A stretch of 64,000 bases of DNA. Origin: Eledone cirrhosa (lineage: Eukaryota). The translations under genes and the position numbers were made by a program. Under the pieces are notes generated by a model. That model searched no databases. It had not been told where the DNA came from and saw only the letters and a program-made list of their open reading frames with translations. The stretch lies in NCBI GenBank assembly GCA_964016885.1, contig OZ024745.1, positions 11,284,001 through 11,348,000 on the forward strand, written 5' to 3'. Below, piece by piece: positions 12,063-24,013 of the stretch (the stretch's first letter is position 1; every line of letters starts with the position of its first letter).

Positions 12063-12326
12063 GAATAATCTAGATACCGGTCGCTCTCCGACAGCTTTGC
12101 GGTTGTACCCTTGGCAGTGGAGACTTCTGGTCTCCTCCGCCCTAGGGCTACTTCTCTACTCACCACCATAGGCGCTGAGCTGGCCAGCCGCAGGTGTGAG
12201 CCTCGAGAGCTGGAATGGCTTTTCCAGCGCGTCTCCCTTGCCGTCCTCCGGGGAAACGCCTTCTCCATTCTGTGCGCCGGGGCTGTGGGGAGACAACCCG
12301 ATTATATTACGAATTTTGTTGAATAG
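12063..12326 (+). mobile_element. 3' fragment of a CRE-like non-LTR retrotransposon (RLE domain C-terminus)
   Basis: RYRSLSDSFAVVPLAVETSGLLRPRATSLLTTIGAELASRRCEPRELEWLFQRVSLAVLRGNAFSIL matches the P.AVET.G...IG...EPRE..WL.QR.S.A..RGNA.SI signature of CRE-clade C-termini. Confidence 0.8.
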
Positions 12327-12912
12327 TCTTAAATACGTTTACTTGAGTTCATCTCAAGAGATGTAAAAGATCACGTGAGGAACAATTAGAAGAAACTGTA
12401 GTTAACATTTAACCTCGCCATTCCAAGTGATTGCTTTACAACTAAGTCCTCCAGAATTCGAGTCCTTTCTTCTGTGTTAAAGAGACGAACATTTTTCACT
12501 TCATATACAATGGTCTGCTTATATAATATCACGGAATATCTACATTTACACTTATAACAATGTATTGAAACAATTGAAAGTGAATTATCTAATCACCAAT
12601 TGCATGTTATACAAAATGTTAGTATTTCAACATTACTTCTGAATTCGTTAAAGCAGAAGCTAGCAGAGTAGCTGAAACCATTCATTCAAAGACAAATAAT
12701 ATCTATTATTATGCTCGACAATTTTAACTTTAATTAATTGCAAGAATTGTTGTCTTAGCAGAAGAGAGAAGGGCGTTAATTCGGTATTCTGTAGTTCATA
12801 ATTACACGGACAAACAATTCATTCTATGCTGTTATTTGCATAAGTTAAAATATTACACAAGAATACGCTGTTATACACAGATACATAAATATATACACAT
12901 TACCAGTATGTT

Positions 12913-12995
<83 letters not shown>

Positions 12996-13407
12996 GTATG
13001 TATATATATATACACATATGTATGTATATATACACACACATGCATGTACGTATTGCTGTATACAGCAACGGAGAAAAACTGACGACTATATTTGTATATG
13101 TGCGTGTATGTATATATAATGTCGTGGTAGAAACCAAGAAACTCCCCCACCCCACATTGGTGTCTGGTGGGGGAAGGGTCTTGATTCCGTCTTAGACCTA
13201 CTTATTTCCCTCGACTTATATACTTCCTCCCTTATGTTCTGACCACATAATTCATAGAAGGCACCCTAGTTGCCCCCCATTGATGGATACTGTTGATACT
13301 AACAATATTATACAATTGTTTTACACCGTGTTTCCATTGGTTAAATCAGTGTTTCGCCTTAAGCGTTCTATTCCTTCATGTACAACATTCCTTAAAATAG
13401 GATTGCA

Positions 13408-13916
13408 CTCTCTCTCCCTCCCTCCCTGTCTGTCTGTCTATATGACGATCTCTCCCTCCCTCCCTCCCTCCCTCCCTGTCTGTCTGTCTATATGACGATC
13501 TCTCTCTCTCTCCCTCCCTGTCTGTCTGTCTGTCTGTCTGTCTATATGACGATCTCTCTCTCTCTCCCTCCCTCCCTCCCTCCCTGTCTGTCTGTCTATA
13601 TGACGATCTCTCCCTCCCTCCCTCCCTGTCTGTCTGTCTGTCTGTCTGTCTATATGACGATCTCTCTCTCTCTCCCTCCCTGTCTGTCTGTCTGTCTGTC
13701 TATATGACGATCTCTCTCTCTCTCCCTCCCTGTCTGTCTGTCTGTCTATATGACGATCTCTCTCTCTCTCCCTCCCTCCCTGTCTGTCTGTCTGTCTGTC
13801 TATATGACGATCTCTCTCTCTTTCCCTCCCTCCCTGTCTGTCTGTCTATATGACGATCTCTCTCTCTTTCTCTCCCTCCCTCCCTCCCTCCCTGTCTGTC
13901 TGTCTATATGACGATC

Positions 13917-13985
<69 letters not shown>

Positions 13986-14000
13986 ATGACGATCTCTCTC
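13408..14000. repeat. Composite minisatellite [(TC)n(TCCC)n(TGTC)n TATATGACGATC], left part
   Basis: The invariant TATATGACGATC anchor recurs, separated by variable-length microsatellite blocks. Confidence 0.95.
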
Positions 14001-16968
14001 TTTGTTTCTTTTATTTGCCACCAGGGCATCAAAAGTGGGACAAGTACAAAGGGGGGAGTTTACACAAAAAGGCGTCCTCAATAAGGAGGAGGCAATAACA
14101 ATATATAAAAATAAAATAGAATATTACAAAAAATTAAATTTATAACAAAATCCTCAATAGAGAGGAGGCGCCTTGGGGGGTCGCACACACCCCCGAAAAA
14201 AGTGTGCAACCCTTTTCCTCAGGAGCACAGAGAGGGGGTGCTCCCTCGTTCCTTCCTCCCTTCCACCTACAGGCTTATGTAAAGAGAAGGCCCATTCACA
14301 CGGGCCATTCTCGCCACTTTCACCCACCTTTCATAAAAACGGCTGGGGTGGAGCACCTCTCTCTCCATCCTGATCCTTCTTCCGAAATAATATCGGAAGA
14401 AACGGACCAGTTGTTGGCCAGAGAGAAAGGTGCCTGACCTCAGTCCTTTCAGACGCGTCCACCATACAACTTCTTTCACCATGGCTATTACGCACAGAAA
14501 CACCGCCTCTCCTTCATCTTTGAAGTGGGGAGGCGGCTTGATCATTACAATAGACTCGGTGGTCAACCGGATCGGTCCCACCCTTGACAGCAGTTGTTCG
14601 ACATAGCCCCACAGATCGGCTACGCCCGAGCAGTGTACCAATGCGTGTGCAACGGTTTCCTCGTCGCACACGCATCTGGGACATATCTTTTTGGCGGGGT
14701 CCCTACCCGGGCGCCCGTGTCTGTAGAGCTTTTCTCGAACGGGTAGAGCCCCTCGGTAGCACTGCCAGGCCAGGGACTTCTGGAAGTTGTCCATAGGTCC
14801 CGGGCTGAATGTCCTACCGAACAGGCTGGCCAGTTCGTCCTCCTCCATGTCTAGGGCTTCTCCGAGGGCGTCGTCGCACCTGCTGCGTACCAGCCCTCTA
14901 TAGAATGTTGCGGTGGAGTCTCCACTGATAACCGGGTCCGCCTGCCAGAGGGCGGTGAGCGCCTGGGCACACTCAGTGTGCCAGGCGCCCAGTTTTCTCG
15001 GTCTTTGCTTGACCCAGGATTGCAGCTCGGTGAGTGAGACGAGTCTGGGAAAGGTTCGTCTCACAAGCGAGGACCACACCGGTTGACCGGTGAGGAATAC
15101 GTAGAGGTGCCGTAGCCTTAATGCGTGTTTACGCATCATTAGCCACGGCATCCCCAGCCCTCCTTTCGAAGGGTGTTGACAGCAGATGGATCTCCTCACC
15201 ATAGGAGCCCGCCTCTTCCAAAGGAATTGGAAGAGCGCGCGCTCCATCTTGGCGAGGATTTCCCTTGGGCACTACGGTCAGGCGGTAGTAGATGACGGAC
15301 GCTATATAGGTGTTCGCCACCTCCGCCCGACCTTTCAGGGATAGTTTGCAACTGGCCCACTTCCGGGTCAGTGCAAACACCCTGTTCGTAACCTCCGCCC
15401 AGTTTTTCTCCACCTGGAGGTCCGGTCCGAACCAGACCCCGAGCAACTTCACCGGGCCCTCCGTCCAGCGTCCGACGACGCCATCGGAGGGCATCGGTAT
15501 GCTCCTCCACGTGCCGAGTTGCAAACCGATCGACTTGTCCCGGTTCAGCTTAGCCCCTGTGAACCTTTCGTACTCCTCCAGTAAGGTGCCGACCGCCTCG
15601 ATTTCGGAGGCCGTCGACACCATTACTGTCACGTCATCGGCGTAGGCCGACACTGCTTTCCGCAATCCCGGTTCCAAAGGGATGCCCTGCAACAACTCCA
15701 ACTTCCGCAATAGTGGCTCGAGAGTCAACACATACAGAAGGGAGGATAGAGGGCACCCTTGTCGGATGGACCGCGCGATTTTGAACGGCTCCGAGAGGTA
15801 GCCGTTCACCTTGACCCTAGAGCAGATGCGGCTGCTGTGCATAGCAGTGATCCAGCCCCTGAAAACGGGTCCGAAGCCTGCCGTCGCTAGCACCGCATCC
15901 AGGTAACTATGGTCGACCCTATCGAACGCCTTAGATTGATCCAAGTTGATCAGAGCCCCACCAAAGCCGGGTTCGTTCCCAACCCTCTCTATGATGTATC
16001 GCATGAGGTGGAGGTTGTCATGGATGGACCTGGACGGGATAGCGCATGTCTGCGCATCTCCCACCAGGTTGCCCACGACAAGCGCCAACCTCTTTGCTAG
16101 CACCTTGGCCAAAATCTGTAACTCTGTATTTAGCAGAGTTATGGGCCTGAAGTTACTTATTTCGTCCCCTTGTTCTCGTCCTTCCTCACTAGCGTGACTA
16201 CGCCCTTGGTCACAGTACAGGGAATTCTCCCGTTCTGTTGCCAGTTGCAGTAGACCGCCTCGAGGAGATCGGGGAACAAGTCCGGCATAGCTAGATATAA
16301 TTCGTAAGGAAGACCATCGAGATCCGGGGATTTGCGTTTGCCGCATTGGCTCAGCACGTCCTCTATCTCAGCGGCCGAAATCGGCTCCTCGCAGGACTTC
16401 GCCTCCCTGTCCGAGAGACGCGGCAGGCCGTCGAGGTATGGACCGAAGTCCACGTTCCCAACCGGCTCCCCGCCCCTCCCGAACAGTCGGGCAAAGTGCC
16501 TTTGAAAGGCCTCACACATCTGCTTAGGCTCAAGAATCGCCCGTCAATCCAGGTCTTGCAAAGACCGGATGGTGGATTTAGTTCCACTGTTGGCCTCTGT
16601 CACGCGGGCCCAGCTAACAGCTTTGGCCCCCTCGTTCCCTAGAGCACGTATTTTACTTCGGACAACGCAGCCTTCGTGCTTCGCGTCGAAAAACTGGCTC
16701 AAAGCCGTTCTCGACGCTAGCACTCTGGCCACGTCGCCGCTTCTAATTGCCTCTTCTACTCTATCTATTAGCTCCCTCTCCTTCCTATTCCTATCCGCAG
16801 CTAGAACCTTACTAAATTCTATCGAGACTAATCTAATCTCTCTCTTTAGAGATACCCACCACCTGCTGTTGACGATCGCTCCAGTCCACCGTTCCTTAAC
16901 TAACGTACTAATCCGATCCCTGTAAGCTCTACTTGCCGGCAAGGACAAGTTGAGCTTCCAGTAACCGG
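14001..16968 (-). mobile_element. 5'-truncated L1/Tx1-type non-LTR retrotransposon (inactive)
   Basis: The minus strand starts at PGYWKLNLSL, the post-endonuclease motif. It has RT motifs (KSPDLDGLPYE, NFRPITLLN, DQSKAFDRVDH, RQGCPLS, YADD) and a CCHC zinc knuckle (CPRC...ETVAHALVHC). The 3' UTR ends AATAAAAGAAACAAA. Confidence 0.95.
14267..16968 (-). pseudogene. Disrupted LINE ORF2 (RT plus zinc knuckle; endonuclease lost)
   Basis: Pieced together from ORFs 16544-16948, 16157-16519, 15129-16346 and 14267-15247. There is an in-frame TGA at 16544-16546 and frameshifts near ~16165 and ~15265. Confidence 0.9.
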
Positions 16969-17164
16969 CTCTCCCTGTCTGTCTGTCTGTCTGTCTGTCT
17001 ATATGACGATCTCTCTCTCCCTCCCTCCCTCCCTGTCTGTCTGTCTGTCTATATGACGATCTCTCTCTCCCTCCCTCCCTCCCTCCCTCCCTCCTGTCTG
17101 TCTATATGACGATCTCTCTCTCTCTCCCTCCCTCCCTCCCTGTCTGTCTGTCTGTCTATATGAC

Positions 17165-17213
<49 letters not shown>

Positions 17214-17575
17214 GTCTGTCTGTCTGTCTGTCTATATGACGATCTCTCTCTCTCTCTCCCTCCCTGCCTGTCTGTCTGTCTGTCTATATGACGATCTCTC
17301 TCTCTCTCCCTCCCTGCCTGTCTGTCTGTCTGTCTATATGACGATCTCTCTCTTTCTCTCCCTGTCCGTCTGTCTGTCTGTCTGTCTGTCTGTCTATATG
17401 ACGATCCCTCCCTCTCTCTCTCTCTCTCTCTCTCTGTCTATCTGTCTATATGACAATCTCTCTTTCTTTCTCTCTTTCTCCCCCCCTCTCTCACACACAC
17501 ACACTCACTCTCGCTCTCTCTCTCTGTCAATATGACGATCTCACTCTCACTCTCTCACACTCTCTCTCTCTCTCC
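16969..17575. repeat. Composite minisatellite, right part (same family as 13408-14000)
   Basis: The same TATATGACGATC-anchored unit resumes immediately after the LINE 5' junction. Confidence 0.95.
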
Positions 17576-18158
17576 TTCCATCTGCCAGTTAGTTGTATTT
17601 CCTTTTCTCACCCGCAGTAGTTAGATTTCGTTTCACTTTATAAGAAACTCTTTCCATTCCGGAGTATTAATGACACAACCAGAGAATCGAAATTGAAAGA
17701 AATACCAAAGTTTTCTTTTCATCTTTTATTTATACGTCTGCTCTGGCAAATAGTTGCCTCAATTGAAAAACTATTATTTACTGTTTTTACATACATATAC
17801 AATGATTTGTAAAATCTCGATTAGTTTCTATACACGTAGTTTAGATCCGTTATATTCACACTTTAACCGTCTTAAAGAATGCCCAGGGAACATAATAAAT
17901 ATAAGTAAAACAACAAAAAAGCCACAACAAAATCAGACAAACAAATAGAAGATTACTCTACTAAGCCACCCCTCTCCACTTCTTTTTATTCTTTTATCGT
18001 TCGTTAATCTATGATTGTTAGTTCTTCAACCAAACATGGCTACCAGCACAGAAGATATTTACCGACAATATAACCAGTTTTAATAAAAATGGTTGAAACT
18101 TGTAAGTATGATAAATCTCTGCCGTTAGTCAACAATTATAGTGTTGTTAAGATATTAC

Positions 18159-18370
18159 AGAGAAGAGGTGAGAGATAGAGAGAGAGGGGGAGGGAGAGAG
18201 TGATAGAGAGGGAGAGAGAAAGTGAGTGAGAGAGAGGAAGAGCAAGATGAGGAGAGCTGTAGTGAGAAAGAAGTCGAGAGAGAGAGATAGATAGATAGAG
18301 AGGGAGAGAGAGAGTGGTAGGGATAGATAGAGAATGCAATGGAGAGATAGATAGAAAGCTGGAGAGAAGT
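18159..18370. repeat. Degenerate (GA)n purine-rich tract
   Basis: GA/GATA-rich low-complexity run. Confidence 0.85.
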
Positions 18371-18870
18371 TTGAAGGGAAGAATAAAGAAACACACTGTC
18401 GTTTGTTCAGTTTCGTTTCAAAGGCAACACTTTCCAAGCATTGTAGTTTTTAAGGAAACAATATTTCATCGATTGTCAGCGAGATTGTCCAATAGGAAAA
18501 TAAAGACGAAAAGAGTTCAAATACATTATATTCTTTTAATATTGGTATGCTCTGAAATTTTCTTGCAAAAGACGGGCGAGAAGTAAAAATAAAAGCATAG
18601 TTGATAATACGGTTAGAAATATTCAATAATGTGGCATATATAATTACACAGATTATATATAGCTGATCTTTTAGATATTTCCACGTTATATGTGTTGTTG
18701 ATGGTAGACTTCTATATCAAGCTTTAGATCAAGTAAACTGAGGACATTGTTACATATGTTTACACACATCCACATACACATATATACACACTCAGACACA
18801 CACATACACACACATATACACACACATTTACACACACTCAGACACACACATACACACATATATACATATG

Positions 18871-18921
<51 letters not shown>

Positions 18922-19010
18922 GAAAAGATTCAGGACCCACTCTACTACCTCAAGTATCGCGTACTCTGGTGAGTAATGGTCTAACTGGTTTTTACTACCT
19001 CCAATCTGTG

Positions 19011-19110
<100 letters not shown>

Positions 19111-19575
19111 AGAAGAAGATTATTAATTTTGGGTTCACATTATCGCTTTTCTGCACTAAAAAGCGGTAATGTGAAACTTTAATAACGATGGGAGTAAACA
19201 GCAATTTAATCGGTGTTATATATATACTTATGTATGTAGATCCGTATATATATGGCGGTTGGACAAACAATTCAATTAAGTGAGACTATTTCATGACCAC
19301 AACCCCTTTTATGGTTGTTCAGACAATGGGAAACAAGCAAGGGAGAGAACTCCTATAATTTGAGACGATCCAAGTCTTTTGGAATAACTTAAGGCAATAT
19401 AGTGTGAGTGGACTAAAAGCAGCGTCGGTATGTTTCGATTTTAGATCTCATAAGCGAAGCATCTTTAGCAAGTTAAACTGGACTGGGCAAGTAGATATAG
19501 GAAAGATCTCTCTCTCTCTCTTATATATATATATATAATATATAAGATCAAAAGATGGTTAAAGGAGTTCCATGT

Positions 19576-19644
19576 ATTTTATTATGCGCATTTCAAAAAC
19601 AAACATCATCATGCAATAATATTTGTGTTTTCATCAGATAAAAC
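19576..19644 (-). ncRNA. Type I hammerhead ribozyme with minimal stem III (left arm copy)
   Basis: Exact reverse complement of 19690-19758. Confidence 0.85.
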
Positions 19645-19689
19645 AGGAGAACATGATATGAAGGCTAAAAAACACTTGTGGATAGTGCA

Positions 19690-19758
19690 GTTTTATCTGA
19701 TGAAAACACAAATATTATTGCATGATGATGTTTGTTTTTGAAATGCGCATAATAAAAT
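19690..19758 (+). ncRNA. Type I hammerhead ribozyme with minimal stem III (right arm copy)
   Basis: Reads GUUUUAU-CUGAUGA-[36-nt stem II, 15 of 16 pairs including GU, loop GCAU]-GAAA-UGCGCA-UA-AUAAAAU. Stem III is the palindrome AUGCGCAU, with predicted cleavage after 19751. Confidence 0.85.
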
Positions 19759-19885
19759 ACATGGAACTCCTTTAACCATCTTTTGATCTTATATATTATG
19801 TATACTCCAGTCCTACAAACTGTAGAGTGCTTCTTATCCGATATCTGCATTGCTTTATTGTACTACAATAAAACTCACCTCCTAC

Positions 19886-19970
<85 letters not shown>

Positions 19971-20046
19971 GTATATATATATATTAAGTAAGAATATTTT
20001 TCGAAACAGCGAGTTGGTTTGAAATTATTAGAAATGTAAGCTATCG

Positions 20047-20232
20047 CCGTATTTTGACTAAAGAAATTAAAGAAATTGTTTAGCCTGATAGTGGGGTTAA
20101 GAACCCTCGGAGAAATAGAAAAAGATGAGTATTGACGTACATGTACGTCAATACTCATCTTTTTCCATTTCTCCGAGGGTTCTTAACCCCACTATCAGGC
20201 TAAATAATTTCTTTAATTTCTTTAGTCAAAAT

Positions 20233-20236
<4 letters not shown>
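20047..20236. repeat. Spacerless palindrome with 95-bp arms
   Basis: Centre is GACGTACA|TGTACGTC at 20141/20142. Two mismatches seen. The right arm abuts (TA)n. Confidence 0.95.
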
Positions 20237-20299
<63 letters not shown>

Positions 20300-20674
20300 T
20301 ACTTGGAGAGGGTCATATTGTTGTAATAATATTGCCAGAAATAATAACAGAACACACTCACTGTTTGGTTGGTTTTCGCTTCTGTATCTTTTATATATCC
20401 ATAGTTAATTTATTTGGCAATCAACGTTTATCATTGATTGACCAACGGTTAAAAATACAGATATAAATATATATAGTCTATCAAAGTTTGATTTATCGTG
20501 GTATATCTTCAGGTAAGATTTTCCTCTACTGCCCGACTCTATTTGTATGTAGACATTTCATACGTGTGCTCCCTCGGGCATTTTCGCCTTTACCCGTTGT
20601 TGACACAATCAACTCATGTTTATTTTCCCTCTTACTATATCTGTTTGACCAGTCTAGTCTAACTTACTAAGTCA

Positions 20675-20742
<68 letters not shown>

Positions 20743-20743
<1 letters not shown>

Positions 20744-20866
20744 TTACATGAATCAAAGTTCTGTTTAAACCATTTATTCACTTACAATTGTTTCTTCCAA
20801 ACCTCGGTTTGGAAGAAACAATTGTAAGTGAATAAATGGTTTAAACAGAACTTTGATTCATGTAAT
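20743..20866. repeat. Perfect hairpin with 61-bp arms and a 2-nt loop
   Basis: Arms are 20743-20803 and 20806-20866; the loop is TC. Confidence 0.95.
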
Positions 20867-21030
20867 TTCTATATAACTGCTCTGTAGAACAACTGATGTA
20901 ATTACATTGAGCTATTTATCTTACTGGTAATAAGGTAGTAATAAATTACTGTCTTTCACTATTTAGGGTTTAAAATGTATATAACTATAAAAGGTTATAG
21001 TATATACATAACCATAAATAGTATCCTTAA

Positions 21031-21103
<73 letters not shown>

Positions 21104-21188
21104 TCAAAGGTATATATTGAGTTAGAAACTGAAAATAGTCTCTAACAATTAAATAGCTCAAGGAAGGAGGTATTTCTGAGCCGTGTAA

Positions 21189-21348
21189 TATAATTGAATA
21201 TAAAAGGGAGATAAATACAGATATAAACATATATGTGTTCATATTGTTAATAGTTAGTATTCTTTTTAACCTAGCGAACCTAGTCCTTTACGATTTGAAC
21301 ACATATATGTTTATATCTGTGTTTATCTCTCTTTTATATTCAATTATA
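21189..21348. repeat. Inverted repeat with 53-bp arms and a ~54-bp spacer
   Basis: 21189-21241 versus 21296-21348, with two mismatches. Confidence 0.9.
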
Positions 21349-21690
21349 TATATATATATATATATATCTAAGTAAATGTATATATATCTTAGCTATCTGG
21401 GAGGCGTGGGATGGACGCACAAAGACTGTGTTGCGTCCATTAACGTATTGACCCTATTATTACTGCAAATGTCTAATTCAGATCCTACATACAGTTTTAA
21501 CGTGTATAAACTATTTCCATACTCTCTGTTCATCTTATTAATATAATTTAACTTAATTATTAGCCTAGTGTTAGTTTAATTCAAATGCATCTGAAAAATT
21601 AGCATCTATTCAATTAAATCTATACTATTCTGAAATATGTACATTTTAAATCCTGCTCGTGTTATTTAAATCTTGGCTTATAATAATAAT

Positions 21691-21881
21691 TGTTTCTACT
21701 TTTGGCACAAGGCCAGCAATTACTCAGTACATTACTGGTACTTTATTTTATCGACCCCGTAAGGATGAAAGGCAAAGTTAACCTCGGCCGGATTTAAACT
21801 CATGATGGCAAGGGTCGTAACTCTCTCTATGCGTCAAAGCATGGCGTCCGACCCTCTACCGATACTGCCAATCCACCGCCC
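21691..21881 (-). mobile_element. tRNA-derived SINE with 19-bp TSD
   Basis: Same family as 7636-7821. CTTGGCTTATAATAATAAT occurs at 21672-21690 and 21889-21907. Confidence 0.92.
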
Positions 21882-21912
21882 TAATGCCCTTGGCTTATAA
21901 TAATAATGATAA

Positions 21913-22131
21913 TGGTTTCTGATTTAGGCACAAGGGCAACCATTTTTTGGGAAGAGGAAAGTAAATTAAATCGACCCCAGTGCATTACTGCTACTATATT
22001 TTATTGACCTGGTAAGGATGAAAGGCAAAAATAATCTCAGTGGAATTTGAACTCAGAACGTAAAGGACTGTAACTGTATATCACGAAACATGGTGTCCGT
22101 CCTTCTACAGATACCACCAGTCCTCCACCCC
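21913..22131 (-). mobile_element. tRNA-derived SINE, older and longer subfamily
   Basis: Contains GGCACAAGG, an extra purine-rich/ATCGACCCCAG segment, GATGAAAGGCAAA and ATTTGAACTCAG (B-box complement). Confidence 0.85.
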
Positions 22132-22451
22132 AAGAAGTAGTTCCTCTCGTTACAATGACCCACTAGTGTTTCTGTATAATATGTCACCTAATGCTTCAAT
22201 GTTTTCTGCTTTAATTATAAGATGAGTAGGTATTTTCCCATTTAAAACCTTTTCCCGCCTTTCCTTGCTATAGAGACTACGGTAGACTCTACACCCTACA
22301 TTCTTAAGAACTCTATCAGTCTTTATATTTCGTAATCTTTTCAATTCCTTTCAACTCCCTCTTTATATCTGGAGGAGTAGAGTATATTTATTTTCCTTCT
22401 TAATTTATTTATTTCGTCTTTTGAGACTATCCCGTAGAAATTGCTAATAAT

Positions 22452-22485
22452 ACACACACACACACACGCACATACACACACACAG

Positions 22486-22569
<84 letters not shown>

Positions 22570-22745
22570 GCGCAAACACACACACGCACACACACACATA
22601 CACAAACACACACACACAAACACACTCACACACACATACACGCAAACACACACACACACGAAAACACACATACACACACACACGCAAACACAAACACCCC
22701 CCCCCCCCACACACACACATATCCTCACACACTCACACACACACT
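22452..22745. repeat. (CA)n-rich microsatellite
   Basis: Pure and degenerate CA run. Confidence 0.95.
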
Positions 22746-23898
22746 CCCGCCCGCGATTTAATGATCTCGTCATTTCGTCGTACACCTTTGAAAATTTTAT
22801 ATTCAAAGGTTACACTCCAAAGAAATAATATCTTTCCATTTCTCTTAAATAATTATTTTCTCTATTTTTTTCTGTGCCCGAGGGACGGGGAAACAATGAG
22901 AATCTGTATAGAACACAGCAGGAACCATTTAAGAATCCGACAGCATTAAATCACTGGAATCTCACAGAAATAAGTTTCTTTTATGTCGTATTGACACACT
23001 CTGTTTGCCGATGGGAAGAACAAACGTCGTTGTTTATCTTTTCTCTCCTAATCAATGATCAATTATATATTGTATTTATTATTTATTTTGAAGAGATGGG
23101 CTTCGGTAAATATTTGAAAATACTCAGGTCGTTTATGTATGTTTAAAAAAATGGCGTCCGTTTTATTTTTTTCATGCTTCCATTTACGGATAATTATGGT
23201 TAAATATTTTTGCAATGCTGTAAATCTGTTTACGGGAAGAACACATAAAATACAATAATATAAGATTGGTCTTGGTGTTTACATTACCAAATAAAAATAT
23301 AAAATGGTGTGTGTAAAATGGAAATTAATAAATAAAAAGACACGAGTAAAAAAACGAAAAAAAAAAAATACATTCGATATATTCTAGAAAATAAAAGGTT
23401 TATCTTGGTAAGTGTTTTACTTTTGTGTGTTTTTTCAAATAGGTTTTGGGATTCTATTCTAATTTATGTTTTTGTAGCTTTAAATTGGCAAGTTATTTTC
23501 ATCAATATATTTCAGGTGACTTCTTGGTCATGAAAGATTCTCTTTAAATCCTTATTTGGTAAGCTGACCCTTATGTTTCACATCCCTTAGCTTTAACAAT
23601 AGGTAACTGTAGCTTACTTTACAAACATTGAAAGCGATAATATGAACTTCCACAATTCCAGGCATATTTTTTATTTTCGACCAAAACCTTATTGATTCTT
23701 ACTTTAGGTACAATAACATAATTTCATATGGGCTTTAACATCAGAGCGGAGATTGCCCCAGATAAAAGTAAACTTTTACATCACTCCAAACATTATTTAG
23801 TTACCAGAACATTAATTGTACTCAATTTTCTGACCTGGATGATATAAAAATTAACGGCAGCCATATTAGAAATTGTACCAAGAAGAGTTGTCAGCATG

Positions 23899-24013
23899 TT
23901 TCGAATTCCCATGGTTTGGAGGGAGCCGACAAACCATGGGACTGACTGTTACTTCTGCGCTATTGACTGAGATCAACAGAAAGAACCGGAGCAGCTTCAA
24001 GCATCCTGATCTT
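23899..24013 (+). mobile_element. DNA-transposase N-terminal Cys/His-motif remnant (Chapaev3/CMC-like)
   Basis: FRIPMVWREPTNHGTDCYFCAID, then after a frameshift LTEINRKNRSSFKHPDL. This matches the PMVWREPxNHxxDCYFC...INRKNR....YPDL motif recalled from Chapaev3-type transposases; the family name is from memory. Confidence 0.7.

Larger units (their letters stand above)
19535..19799. repeat. Perfect 110-bp inverted repeat with a 45-bp spacer; each arm contains a complete hammerhead
   Basis: Arms 19535-19644 and 19690-19799 are exact reverse complements. Confidence 0.95.

Noticed and set aside
19422-19460. Possible decayed hammerhead on the minus strand (GCUUCG-CUUAUGA-GAU/AUC-GAAA-CAUAC-CGACGC)
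   Set aside because: It has a G5U core change, stem III and the NUH triplet are not intact, and stem I has a mismatch. It is at best a fossil and was not annotated.
20083-20116. CUGAUAG...GGGUU/AACCC...GAGAAA within the 190-bp palindrome arms
   Set aside because: The core deviates (no G8/A9) and the spacing to GAAA is wrong.
22150-22445. Nearly open basic-residue-rich frame on the minus strand (possible retroelement ORF1 remnant)
   Set aside because: It contains a stop and no recognisable motif, so it cannot be assigned without a homology search.
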